Shown piece by piece: positions 43,538 through 54,286 of a stretch of DNA of 64,000 bases. Position 1 is the first letter of the stretch, and every line of letters begins with the position of its first letter. Below the pieces are notes generated by a model. That model was not told where the DNA came from. It did not search any database and saw only the letters and a program-made list of their open reading frames with translations. Where the stretch lies: positions 64,001-128,000 of the forward strand of contig CAWFGE010000016.1 of the NCBI GenBank assembly GCA_963815195.1. The letters run 5' to 3'. Made by a program: the position numbers and the translations under genes. Origin of the DNA: an uncultured Planctomycetaceae bacterium (GTDB lineage Bacteria > Planctomycetota > Planctomycetia > Planctomycetales > Planctomycetaceae).

Positions 43538-43635
43538 GTACAACGAATTAAACTAACAGTGCCACCCCGCCGGGCTGATGAGCTAAATGTAAAATCGAAT
43601 CATGCCCCGCCGTCTGCTGCGGCGTCTGGTTCGGC
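43538..43635 (-). other. Degenerate attC-like integron recombination site
   Basis: Minus strand GCCGAAC-cagacgccgcagcagacggcgggg...cGTTgtac; the upstream gene reads into it as AEPDAAADGGA; right arm degraded. Confidence 0.45.
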
Positions 43636-44125
43636 CTGCTTGCGCCGGGCGAGCACCTCGCCCTCGGCGATCTTGCGGAGGTCTTCAGGGCTGAACCCCG
43701 CCCGCTCTGCCGCCCCGCACGTTGACGCCAGTGCCCAACCGCCCTCGTAGTTACCCACGCAACTTGTGGCCGTGCGGAGGGCCCACCAACCAACGCCGTG
43801 CGGTCCGAGGTCTGGCGGCTCGCCCTCGCCGAAGATGAGCGAGCAGAATCTCCTCGAATCGGTCGTCGGTCGGGTCATCGATCCAGCGGTCCAACAACCC
43901 CAAGGCGTCGGTGGCTTGGGGCGTGTCGCCACCGGCCGCGATTACGGCTCGCGCGATTGCGAGGGCGGCGCATGCACACAACACCTTGCCGACGGTCGCG
44001 TCCTGCGGGGCGGTTTCCAACCGGTCGCACCAATCAAGATCGCGGGCAGGGGTTGCAAGGGCGGCCGCGACACCGGGGTGTGTTTGTTCGTCCCACGTCC
44101 ACGGCTCGCCTACCATCGGTTTCAC
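43600..44125 (-). CDS. Hypothetical protein, putative integron gene cassette, one frameshift near 43850
   Basis: ORFs 43751..44125 and 43600..43932 join; flanked by attC-like sites. Confidence 0.55.
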
Positions 44126-44145
44126 GTCCCCACACGCCCTTTACG

Positions 44146-44272
44146 GCCGAATGTGGAGTTGAGTGATCGGCGTCTTTGCTCATGATCACTCAACTCAAGG
44201 ATCCTTTACCGTCGTCTCCACGACGTCGAATGCAAGACCAAAAAAGCCGATCGCTCCAAAGGAAGGCTAGAC
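44146..44272 (-). other. attC-like site upstream of the cassette gene
   Basis: Minus strand gtctagc..ttggagcgatcggc...gccgatcactcaa..attcggc: degenerate R''/R' boxes and L arms that pair with one extra base. Confidence 0.45.
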
Positions 44273-44554
44273 CGCCCGGCTCTCTCGGGTTCGGTATGGC
44301 GGAACGCCACACCCGCGGAGCCGATCACTCGACTCCACACTAAACCGACACGAGGTCGGTTTAGCTTGGAAATAAGAAGATCTCACATAAACACTATAGA
44401 CGGCAATGTTGTCCGCCTAACGCGCAGGTAGCAAATCATTGTAAGTTGAATTGTATCTGCCACTTGTTCGATTGTCACCCTCTTTTCTGCGTGATAGGAA
44501 GTTTCTGCCTAGCGCTCATCGGGATCGCGAGACAGTCCGTCCGCCGGGCTGCGA

Positions 44555-44680
44555 ACGCGGGGCGGCCCAGGTGGCTTGCAACCTGGGTGACGCAGTCACA
44601 AGATGTTGATCGTATCGGAACAAGACTTTAGGAACCTCCCACGGCTGCGCCGCCCCGGTTGCAAGCAACTGGGGCCACCC
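44555..44680. repeat. Inverted pair of REP-like palindromes of a second family
   Basis: gggcggcccaggtggcttgcaacctgggtgacgcagtc versus the reverse complement gggtggccccagttgcttgcaaccggggcggcgcagcc. Confidence 0.5.
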
Positions 44681-45055
44681 AGGGTAGTTCAGCCACAACC
44701 TGTTTTTAACTAATCTGTTTCTGCAGGTTTGCCATCTGTAACCCGGAAATAGGCAGACCGGTCGGCCCATCTTATCTCCAAATTCTCATGCGCTTGTTCC
44801 AGTGGCAAAAGCTCGTGGATTCCTTCCAACGGACTGCCCACCGTCGATCGATGCGGATTCGGAAGGAGACCCATCATCATCACTATTGAACAGTAAGGAA
44901 AATCACCTGTCAAGCAGAATCGCTCCGTCCGCTCGGTTTTTTTGGCCCCTCCAAAAGCATTCTTCACGCCAGCATTGAGGATCGCGGAACGATCCGAGAC
45001 AATCGACGGAAGTCTCTTTCCAACCTCAAACTTCCAACCTCTCCTTCACAAGCCG

Positions 45056-47669
45056 ATGCCCTCAAAACTGACGCCGATGATGGAACGCTACCTGGAGGTC
45101 AAACGCCAGAATCCGGGGTCGCTGCTGTTGTTTCGCATGGGGGATTTTTACGAGCTGTTTTACGAAGATGCCCAGATCGCGGCGAAGATTTTGGGGCTGA
45201 CTCTCACCAGCCGGGACAAGAACTCGGACAACCCGGTGCCGATGGCGGGGTTTCCCTATCATGCCCTGGACAATTATTTGCAGAAGCTGATCCGGGCCGG
45301 CTGCCGGGCCGCGATTTGCGAGCAGGTCGAAGACCCGAAACAGGCGAAGGGTCTGGTCAAGCGGGAAGTCACGCAGATCGTCACGCCGGGCACGCTGACC
45401 GACGAGGCCCTGCTCGATCCCCGCGAGAGCAATTTCCTGGCGAGCGTGTTTCCCGCGAAGACGGGCATTGGCCTCGCGTGGCTGGAGCTTTCGGCCGGGC
45501 AGTTCGTGACGACGTCGGTCGAAGACGGGCAGCTTTTCGACGAACTGGCCCGGTTGCATCCGGCGGAATGTCTCTTCCCCGAAGGAGCCGCCAATAACGC
45601 CGAATGCCGAGAGCTTGGGCAGCTTCAAGGCGTGATGCTCACTGAGCGGCCGCCGTGGTGTTTTTCCCGCGAGGAATCTCTCAGGCGGTTGTTGAAACAC
45701 TTCGGCACGAAGACGCTCGAAGGTTTTGACGTCGATGCGGATTCGCCGGGCATCCAGGCGGCGGGGGCGCTGTTGGAATACGTGCAGGAAACGCAAAAAT
45801 CCGCGCTGGGTCACATCACCCGCTTGGAGCCGTACCACCGCGGGCGGAATCTGATCATCGATGAAGCGACCCGGCGGAGTCTGGAACTGACGCGGACGAT
45901 GCGCGAAGGCCGGCGGGAGGGCAGTTTGCTGGCGGTGCTGGATCAGACCGTGTCGCCGATGGGGGCGCGGCTGTTGTCGGATTGGCTGTCGAATCCGCTC
46001 ACGGATCGGGATCAAATCAACGCCCGATTGGATGCGGTGGAGGAATCGCCGCGGATGCGCTTTTGCTCAGGGAGCTTCGCGAGCAGTTGGAGCCGATGTA
46101 CGATTTGCAGCGGCTGACCGCGCGGATTGCCACGGGCCGGGCCAGTCCCCGCGATTTGGGTTTCTTGGCGCAGACGCTTGCGCAGCTGCCCGCGACTCAA
46201 AGCCAAGCTTGCGGGCCGGCGGTCGGAGTCGCTCTGCGATCTGGAAGCCCAACTCGATCTCTGCCCCGAAGCGCGGTCGGCGATTGAATCCACCCTCGTG
46301 GACGAACCGCCGCTCTTGACGACGGACGGCGGCATGATCCGCGAAGGTTTTCACGCCCCGCTTGATGAGCTTCGCGACCTCGCCCGCGGGGGCAAGCAAT
46401 GGATCGCCCACTATCAGGCCCAGGAGATCGAGCGGACCGGCATTCCGAATTTGAAGATCGGGTTCAACAAGGTCTTCGGCTATTACCTCGAAGTCACCGC
46501 CACCCATGCCGCCAAGGTGCCGGAGGAATATCATGCGCAAGCAGACGCTCAAAAATCAGGAACGCTACATCACGCCGGAACTCAAAGAGCACGAAGACAA
46601 AGTCCTCCGGGCCGAGGAGTCGGCGACGAGTTTGGAGCAGGAACTGTTTCAAACCCTCCGCGAACAGTGTCGGCGGAGAGTCAAAGGCTCAGGCAGACGG
46701 CCGAGGTCCTGGCCCAGATCGACGTGCTGACGTCGCTCGCCACGATCGCGGTGAAGCAAGGCTACTGCCGGCCGGTGATGACGGAGGAACCGCTGCTTGG
46801 ACATTCGCGAAGGCCGGCATCCGGTCTTGGATCGCCTCCAGCCCACGGGCGAGTTCGTGCCCAACGACGTGCGGCTGCATCCGGACAGCGGCCGCGTGCA
46901 GATCATCACTGGCCCCAATATGGCCGGCAAAAGCACCTACATCCGCCAGGCGGCCTTGTTAACCATCATGGCCCAGATGGGGTCCTTCGTGCCGGCGGCG
47001 TCGGCGAAAATCGGCATCGCCGACCGCATCTTCGCCCGCGTGGGAGCCAGCGACGAACTGGGCAAGGGGCAGAGCACGTTCATGGTCGAGATGACCGAGA
47101 CGGCCCGCATCCTCAATGCCGCGACGAAGCGGAGCCTGGTGATCCTCGATGAAATCGGCCGCGGCACGAGCACCTACGACGGGATTTCGCTCGCTTGGGC
47201 GATTACGGAATTTCTGCACGATGTCATCGGCTGCCGGACGCTGTTCGCCACGCATTACCACGAACTGACCGAACTCACGCAGACCTTAAAGCACGCGTCC
47301 AACTGGAACGTCGCCGTCCGCGAAACCGCCGAGGGCATCATCTTTCTGCATAAGATTGTGGAAGGTGCGGCCGACAAGAGTTACGGCATCCACGTCGCCC
47401 GGTTGGCGGGCGTGCCCGGCGGCGTGATCGACCGGGCCCAGGTGATTCTCGATACATTGGAAGCCGACCACCTGGACGACGCCGGCCGCCCCAAAGTCCC
47501 CGCCCGCCGCACGAGGAAATCGAAGCACCGGCAACTGTCGCTGTTCGGCGGCGCGCACCATCCGCTGCTGGACGAGCTCCGCGACTTGAACCTGGACGAG
47601 ATGACGCCCATCAAAGCCTTAGAAGAACTTCACCGCCTCCGCGAAGGCTGGGTGCCGAAGAAATCGTGA
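45056..47669 (+). CDS. mutS: DNA mismatch repair protein MutS (about 5 apparent frameshifts between 46040 and 46800)
   Basis: [82 protein letters not shown]. Confidence 0.95.
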
Positions 47670-47756
47670 TTATGCTTGGAGGCACGCGGGGCGATATAAT
47701 GGAAATAGTCGAAGCGTTGTAAAAAAACGCTTCTCCTTCCTTCAAGGTCGTGAATC

Positions 47757-48083
47757 ATGTCCGTAGAAAAAATTGAGAATTTCGCCAACGAGCCCGTGCC
47801 CCTTCGCCAAGACGAATCAGGAGCCATCCGTGTCGGTCAAACTCGCGTCCTGCTTGAGTTGGTCATCCGGGCTTTTGACGACGGGGCCACGCCGGAAAGC
47901 ATCGTGCAGCGTTATTCTTCGCTGAGTCTGGCCGATGTGTATGCCGTCATCGCTTATTATTTAAGGCATCGAAGCGAAGTCGAAAACTACATGGCCCAGC
48001 GCGAGAAACAGGCTGCTGCCGTTCAACAAGACATCGAAGCCCGGCAAGGCGACCTGAGTGAAATCCGCAATCGCGTCACATGA
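47757..48083 (+). CDS. DUF433 domain protein (putative antitoxin)
   Basis: GAIRVGQTRVLLELVI.AFDDGATPESIVQRYSSLSLADVYAVIAYYL. Confidence 0.85.
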   Translation: MSVEKIENFANEPVPLRQDESGAIRVGQTRVLLELVIRAFDDGATPESIVQRYSSLSLADVYAVIAYYLRHRSEVENYMAQREKQAAAVQQDIEARQGDLSEIRNRVT

Positions 48084-48097
48084 GACCAGTACCGACG

Positions 48098-48946
48098 CTA
48101 TTGAAACTGTGACATCGTCGCGGCTGTTTCGGCAAGCGAATAGACGCAATCTTTGAGAAGCGAAAACAACTCTTTTGTCTTTTCGGGAGTCACTTGAATG
48201 CGACCATCGCGGACTTCAAATCCATGATCTTGGTTTGCGAGACTATCGGTGACACGTCCACCAGCATGAGACAGCGCATGCCGCGCAAGTCGAGCGATAT
48301 TTATGTCGTTTGCCGTCCAACACATGTCGCGCAGCTTTTGTCCAAAAGATTCGACTAGATTTTTTTGGAAGTCTTTGTCGGTAGTTCGGCAGCTATTGAT
48401 CAATCGGGCAATGCTGACGGCGCGAACAAGAAAGTTTTCGTAGGAGTTGTAAATCGAAACGAAGCAAATTCGCTGAGACCCCCAAAGGCTAAGTTGGTAG
48501 ACATTGTCCTGAAGGTAGGATTGCCACGTTTCTTCGAGAGGGAATTCAAACACAGCCTTGTCGCGGGCCCTTTCAACTTCTGCGCCTATATCTACTAATT
48601 TCCCTCGCAAACGCCGGACCAACGCTGGATCGTTGCATAATTCCGGTATTTCTTGGGCGAGCTTTCGAGGAATCGTCTCCGCAAGATGGAGAAGTTGCGT
48701 GTTAATGTCTCCAGAATTAACAAAGCCATCATGATATCCCTTCATGTGCTCAAGGATGCAAACCGGTAGAGAGGCCGTATATGCCGCTGCTCGCCACTCC
48801 ATCAAAATGTCAAAAACGATTTCCGACAGTCTGGGTTTGGTTCTCGTAAGTTGCTCGATTCGTTCACCCCAATCATCGCTAAAGAAACCACGATACGCGT
48901 CGAGTGTTCTGGTGACGTATATGGTGCGAAGAATCTCCTCTTTCAT
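48098..48946 (-). CDS. Lower-GC hypothetical protein with a possible HEPN R-X4-H motif
   Basis: Long ORF; YNSYENFL helix and ARLARHALSHAGG. Confidence 0.55.
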   Translation of the reverse strand: MKEEILRTIYVTRTLDAYRGFFSDDWGERIEQLTRTKPRLSEIVFDILMEWRAAAYTASLPVCILEHMKGYHDGFVNSGDINTQLLHLAETIPRKLAQEIPELCNDPALVRRLRGKLVDIGAEVERARDKAVFEFPLEETWQSYLQDNVYQLSLWGSQRICFVSIYNSYENFLVRAVSIARLINSCRTTDKDFQKNLVESFGQKLRDMCWTANDINIARLARHALSHAGGRVTDSLANQDHGFEVRDGRIQVTPEKTKELFSLLKDCVYSLAETAATMSQFQ

Positions 48947-49076
48947 TTCCCCTAATCTCCACGTGTTGGAAGTTTTGGTTTCCTTTTTTTGACACAGAGA
49001 AGAGGACCTTGGTTCGTTTATTTGTTTTGCAAAACCTCGATTACGTAACGATTCCACACCGAATGTGGAAACGATG

Positions 49077-51149
49077 CTACTCCCCCGCCGGTTCCGCTAG
49101 CAGTCGGTCCAGCGTGGCTTTCGCGTTGCTTCGGGCTTGGGTCATCAAGGGTTCGATCTTGATTTCGATGCCGCCTTGGCGTTTGCTTTCGTCGGCGGCT
49201 TGCATGAAGGCGTAAATCTCCAGGGTCTCGGCTTCGCTGACGGGGGCTTTGCCGGTGCGGAAGAATTTGACGATGTCCACCAACAGCGGTTTGTAGCCTT
49301 GGTATTTGCCGAGCTTTTCGGTGCCTTTTTCTCCCGTGACCTCGCCGCCGTAACCTTGGGGTTTTTTGTGGCCGGTGAAGGTGCCGGTTCGATCGCCGGC
49401 CCAGGTGCCGACGACGACGGTCTTTTCCAAGGTGTCCACGGGGCGTTTGACGGACTCGCAGCCGGTGCCCATCACCGTGAACAGAGCCTGGACGCCGTGG
49501 ATGCCGTACCAGAACAAATCGGGATGCGTGGGTTCGATGATGCAGGGGCTGTAGGTCTCGGCGGATTGGACCTTGCCGACGAGTTCGCCATTCCGGGCGG
49601 CCTGGGCGCCTTCCATGTAGCGGAGCGAAGACGCGGAGAACACGGGCGTCTTGAATTTGCGGGCCGCCTCGAAGATGGCGATGGCATCGCTCAGGGAGCC
49701 GGCGATCGGCTTGTCGATGAACACCGGCTTATGGGCTTTGAGCACGGGGAGCACCTGCTCCAGGTGCGGCCGGCCGTCGTTGGTTTCCAGGAAGACCACA
49801 TCGACCTTCTTCACCAGGTCTTCGATGGAATCCACGATCTCCACGCCCTTTTCCTGCACCGCTTTGGTGTAGCCGGGGACGCGGGTCACGCTGGAGGCGA
49901 TGTCCGGGCTGCCTTTGGGATAAGCGGCGACGACGCGGATGTTCGCGAGTTCCGGCGGTTTGTTGTCGCCGTTGAGGAGGTTGGTGAAAGCCGTGACGTG
50001 CGACGTGTCCAAGCCGATGATGCCCGCCTTGAGTTCGCGGCTGGGGTCGGGCTGGTTTTTGCCTTTGGACGCGACGGCCGGGGCGGCGGGTTTGTTGACC
50101 GAGGCAACGACCTCGGAGAGATCCAGAAACGCCACGGTGTTGTCGTAGCTGCCGGTGACGGCGGTTTTCTGGTCGGGGGAGAGGGCCAGCGCGCTCACGC
50201 GGCCCTTTTGGGGCTCGATCTTGGCGAGTTCTTCGCCGTCGCTGCGGTTCCAGACGATGACGAGGTTCCCGCCTTTGGCCCGGCCGCCGCCCGCGCTGAT
50301 GACGGTCTCGTTCCCGGCGAGGAATTGGGCGTCGTTCGTTTGCCGATTGTGCCCGTTGAAATAACCGAGGGCCTTGCCGGTCGCAACGTCATAGGCATCG
50401 ACTTTTTCATCGGTGGAGGACGACACGAGATACCGGCCGTCGGGCGAGAAGGCGACGCTGTTGGCGACTTTTTCGTGCTCGGTGAGGTCGAATTTCTTGG
50501 TGCCGGCGGCGATGTCCCAAATCTCGACGGGGCCGGGCTGCGTCACGCGGGTTTCATCGCCGCGGGCGATCGCCAGCAGCGAACCGTCCGGGGAGAAGGC
50601 GAGACCCATCGCGGGGTACTCGCCGGTGTCCCATTTTTGACCGGCTTCGCCCGTCTCGGCGTTCCAGAACCGCACGCTGCCGTCTTCGCCGGCGGTGGCG
50701 ATGGTTTTGCCGTCGGGCGAATACCGCACGCAGCGCACATAGCCGGTGTGTCCCTCCAACGTCAACTTGGATTTGGCGGTCCCGATGTCCCAGACCTCGG
50801 CCCCGCGGAACCGGCCGACGGCGAGGTGCTTGCTGTCGGGCGAAAAGGCCACGGAGTGCGCGAAGCCCTTGATTTTCAGGCTTTTGGAAGCTTTGCGGGT
50901 TTTGGGGTCGATGAGTTTGACTTCATCATAACTTCCCGCGGCGACGGTTTTGCCGTCGGGCGACCAGGCGACGCTTGTAACCCAATCCTCAAAGCCCGCG
51001 ACCTGGCCGAGCTTTTTGATCTGGAGAGCGGGTTCTTTCTTTTCGCCTTCGGCCGCTTCTTTTTGAGGTTCGAGCGACTCTTGAGCCGGCAGCACGCCGA
51101 GCCCGCCCAGACACACCAAAGCGATCAGCCAAAGTTTTCGAGCTTGCAT
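49077..51149 (-). CDS. Secreted WD40-repeat / Gfo-Idh-MocA oxidoreductase fusion protein
   Basis: Signal peptide, about 7 WD40 repeats (VAFSPDG), then KAGIIGLDTSH, FIDKPIA, FWYGIHG. Confidence 0.88.
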   Translation of the reverse strand: MQARKLWLIALVCLGGLGVLPAQESLEPQKEAAEGEKKEPALQIKKLGQVAGFEDWVTSVAWSPDGKTVAAGSYDEVKLIDPKTRKASKSLKIKGFAHSVAFSPDSKHLAVGRFRGAEVWDIGTAKSKLTLEGHTGYVRCVRYSPDGKTIATAGEDGSVRFWNAETGEAGQKWDTGEYPAMGLAFSPDGSLLAIARGDETRVTQPGPVEIWDIAAGTKKFDLTEHEKVANSVAFSPDGRYLVSSSTDEKVDAYDVATGKALGYFNGHNRQTNDAQFLAGNETVISAGGGRAKGGNLVIVWNRSDGEELAKIEPQKGRVSALALSPDQKTAVTGSYDNTVAFLDLSEVVASVNKPAAPAVASKGKNQPDPSRELKAGIIGLDTSHVTAFTNLLNGDNKPPELANIRVVAAYPKGSPDIASSVTRVPGYTKAVQEKGVEIVDSIEDLVKKVDVVFLETNDGRPHLEQVLPVLKAHKPVFIDKPIAGSLSDAIAIFEAARKFKTPVFSASSLRYMEGAQAARNGELVGKVQSAETYSPCIIEPTHPDLFWYGIHGVQALFTVMGTGCESVKRPVDTLEKTVVVGTWAGDRTGTFTGHKKPQGYGGEVTGEKGTEKLGKYQGYKPLLVDIVKFFRTGKAPVSEAETLEIYAFMQAADESKRQGGIEIKIEPLMTQARSNAKATLDRLLAEPAGE

Positions 51150-51290
51150 GACATCGTCCCGCGTAGGAGGAATCAAAAACGGAGAGGATTTGATTATCGC
51201 ATCCGCGGCCGGCAATGCAAACCAGGCGAGCGGCCAGCGTCAGCTGGCGGATCACTCACGGCAAACAACGCGTGTCCCGGTGCAAAACGA

Positions 51291-52190
51291 TCATGGGGCT
51301 GACGCCCCACGGTCGCCAAAGTACCCGCGGTCGCGCTGGTCGAAGTCTTCGTAGTCGAGCAGGTCGTAAAGCTCTGCGCGGGTTTGGAGATTCTCGAGGA
51401 GCGACCGCTGGGTTCCGTCGGCTTGGATCGCGGCGAGAGTTTGTTGGGCCGACTTCATCGCGGCGCGGAACGCGGTCACGGGAAACAAGACCGCGGCGAA
51501 ACCGAGCTTTCCGAGTTCTTTGGCAGAGAGCAGCGGGCTTTTTCCGAACTCGGTCATGTTGGCGAGGAGCGGAACGGAGATTCCCTCGGCGAACGCGGCG
51601 AACTCGTCTTGAGTTTCCAGGGCTTCGGGGAAGATCCAATCGGCCCCGGCGTCCACGTAGGCTTGGGCGCGGTCGAGAGCGTCTTGGATGCCGGTGACGG
51701 CCCGGGCATCGGTGCGGGCGATGAGGACGAAATTCGGATCCCGCCTTGCCGCCGCCGCCGCTCGGATCTTGGACGCCATCTGTTCCACCGGGACCAAGGT
51801 CTTGCCGCTGAGGTGCCCGCAGCGTTTGGGGAATTGCTGGTCCTCCAGATGCAACCCGGCGAGACCGGCCGATTCATACAGCCGCACGGTGCGCTCCACG
51901 GAGAGGGCCTCGCCGAAACCGGTGTCGGCGTCGGAGAGGATCGGAATCGAAACCGCCTGGGCCAGATACCGGCCCTGCTGGGCGAACTCGGATTGGGTCA
52001 AGAGCCCCACATCGGGAAGCCCCGCCAGCCCCGCGGAGAGCGCGGCTCCCGATTGGTACGCCGCCAGAAAGCCGAGCCGCTCGGCCAGGCGGGCCACCAG
52101 GGCGTTGAACACGCCGGGGATGGGGAGCGGCTTCTGGTTTTCGAGAGCCTGCCGCAACCGAAGTCCTGGCGATGCAATTGGTTCGGGCAT
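51291..52190 (-). CDS. prpB: 2-methylisocitrate lyase
   Basis: GLPDVG, DADTGFG, EDQQFPKRCGHL, ARTDA, LANMTEFGKSP. Confidence 0.9.
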   Translation of the reverse strand: MPEPIASPGLRLRQALENQKPLPIPGVFNALVARLAERLGFLAAYQSGAALSAGLAGLPDVGLLTQSEFAQQGRYLAQAVSIPILSDADTGFGEALSVERTVRLYESAGLAGLHLEDQQFPKRCGHLSGKTLVPVEQMASKIRAAAAARRDPNFVLIARTDARAVTGIQDALDRAQAYVDAGADWIFPEALETQDEFAAFAEGISVPLLANMTEFGKSPLLSAKELGKLGFAAVLFPVTAFRAAMKSAQQTLAAIQADGTQRSLLENLQTRAELYDLLDYEDFDQRDRGYFGDRGASAP

Positions 52191-52477
52191 AAGATCGTCC
52201 TCCGCTCGAATTTGCGGATTTTCGCGCACTTTTTGGAAATGCGGGGATAAAACGCAATCCGCCCTGAAATGTTTCTGGGATCGGTTTGGACGTTTTGCCA
52301 GGGATTTTTTGGACCTCGGGCGTTGAACCCGCTATAATGATTGAGCGTATCGCCTGGACGGTCCGTAAGCCAGCGGAGAGAGAATCATATCAGTTTGGGC
52401 CGATGACCCGAATCGGCAGTTTTCTCGTTAGAGAAAAAGCCGCTCCTATTTTCATCGCATTGCCTGGGTCGTTTTTC

Positions 52478-53780
52478 ATGCCCATTCCCTCGAACACCCC
52501 GTCTTCCACCTATTCCGTCGCTCCCGATGGTGTGGACGAAACGCGCGCCGAGGCTCCCGCGGGAAACGAGACCCGTGCCGAGGGCCCGAAGGAATCGGAA
52601 CATGCGGGCCGGGTTTCGCTGGGGAAATATCGGCTGCTGAAAAAAGTCGGCTCAGGCGGCATGGGGGCCGTGTTCCAGGCGGAAGACACCGAACGCGGGC
52701 GGATCGTGGCGATCAAAATCCTCCCCAGGGACAAAGCCAAGAATCCCACATTGGTCAAGCGATTCAAGGCCGAGGCCCAGGCGGCGGCCAACCTCTCACA
52801 CGACAACATCGTCCAGGTGTACGGGGCCGGCGAAGCGGAAGGCTATCTCTACATTTCGCTGGAATTCATCGACGGCAGCGACGTGCAGGAACTGGTCACG
52901 AAGCACGGCGTGCTCCCCGTCAAGCGTTCGCTCGACATCATCCGACAAATGGGGCGGGCCCTCGACCACACCGGCTCGATGAACCTCGCCCACCGCGACA
53001 TCAAGCCCTCCAACCTGTTGATCCGGCCCGACGGCCTCGTCAAGCTGACCGACCTGGGGCTGGCCCGGTTCATTGACGAGGCGACCGAAACCGGCATCAC
53101 GCGGGCGGGCTACACCGTCGGAACCGTGGATTACATGGCCCCCGAACAGGCCCGCAACAGCAAGGCGGCCGACGTCCGCAGCGATATTTATTCCTTGGGC
53201 TGCTCGTGGTATTTCATGCTCACCGGCCAGCCACCTTATCCCGAAGGCAGCGTGACCAACAAGATCTCGGCCCACGCGCTCAATCCCATTCCCGATCCCC
53301 GACTCATCAACCGGGATGTGCCCGAATCCGTGGTGATGGTGCTCACCCGCATGCTCGCCAAAAAGCCGGAAGACCGCTATCAGACCGCGCGAGCTCCTGG
53401 CGGACCTCAAAGCCGTCGTCCAAAGCCGGGAGAACACCGCCCAGCATCTGCGGGACGCGTTCCGGGATGACGACCTCGCCCCCGCCCGGCCGCGGCGCGG
53501 TTCCCGGCAGAGCGATCGAAACATGCGGGCGCAAACGTCTCCGCGAAAACGCCGATCCCGCAATGAAGGTAAAACCGCGGACAAGAACGGCGGGATCCAA
53601 ATCCAGATTGATCCATTGCGGCTCGTGATTGCGACCTTGGTTCTCGCCGCGGCCATTCTGGGCGTGTGGTGGATCGGCCGGAACTTGTCCGACACCGCGA
53701 ACCCCGAAACGCCCGCCGCGAAAAAAACGCTCACCCCCGAGTCCCGCCCCAGCGCACCGGTCATCAAACCCACGCCGTAG
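52478..53780 (+). CDS. Ser/Thr protein kinase with one C-terminal TM helix, frameshift near 53388
   Basis: GSGGMGAV, HRDIKPSN, DLGLAR, GTVDYMAPEQ; continues RELLADLKA... into ORF 53523..53780. Confidence 0.88.
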
Positions 53781-53861
53781 TGCGGCGGAGCGGCTGGCCC
53801 ACGTCGCGGCGGCATCTTGCCGCCGAAGATCGATCCCGGCGGCTGGAAACCGCCGCTACGG
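53776..53861. repeat. GTAG-type REP-like palindromes between convergent genes
   Basis: ccgtag...gcggcggcatcttgccgccg...cggcggctggaaaccgccgctacgg. Confidence 0.5.
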
Positions 53862-53906
53862 AAGTTGCGCGCATCGCGCGCGGAAACCACAACCGAAGCT
53901 TCGAAC

Positions 53907-54125
53907 CTATTCGCCGGTCTCTTTCGGGTTGGGCGGTCCGGGACGATTTGTCTCGGGGGTGCCCGGATTTCCTCCCGGCGCTGGAATCGATTCTCCGCCT
54001 TGCTCCTCCGGTTCGGAATCGTACTGCTGCTCCATGTTCACTTGCTGACTCGGCTTGCAGCCGGGCAGGGTGAAGAACATCACCGCCGGGAAAAACAGCC
54101 CGAACATCCACTGTTGTCTTGTCAT
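53907..54125 (-). CDS. Small putative lipoprotein
   Basis: Hydrophobic stretch with an LPGC lipobox-like motif, then a Pro/Glu-rich tail. Confidence 0.55.
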   Translation of the reverse strand: MTRQQWMFGLFFPAVMFFTLPGCKPSQQVNMEQQYDSEPEEQGGESIPAPGGNPGTPETNRPGPPNPKETGE

Positions 54126-54286
54126 TGCGGTTCTCCCATATTGAGGGTCTTTTTTGATTTTATCATAATTGTCCTGGAGGGGCATCGTCATCGGGTGACT
54201 TGATGGTGAAGCCCCGGGAAAAAATCGGAGCCGGCGGCAAGGGCATTTCCCAAGGCTGCCGGTCGACCTGGAAGGCGGAGGGCCCC

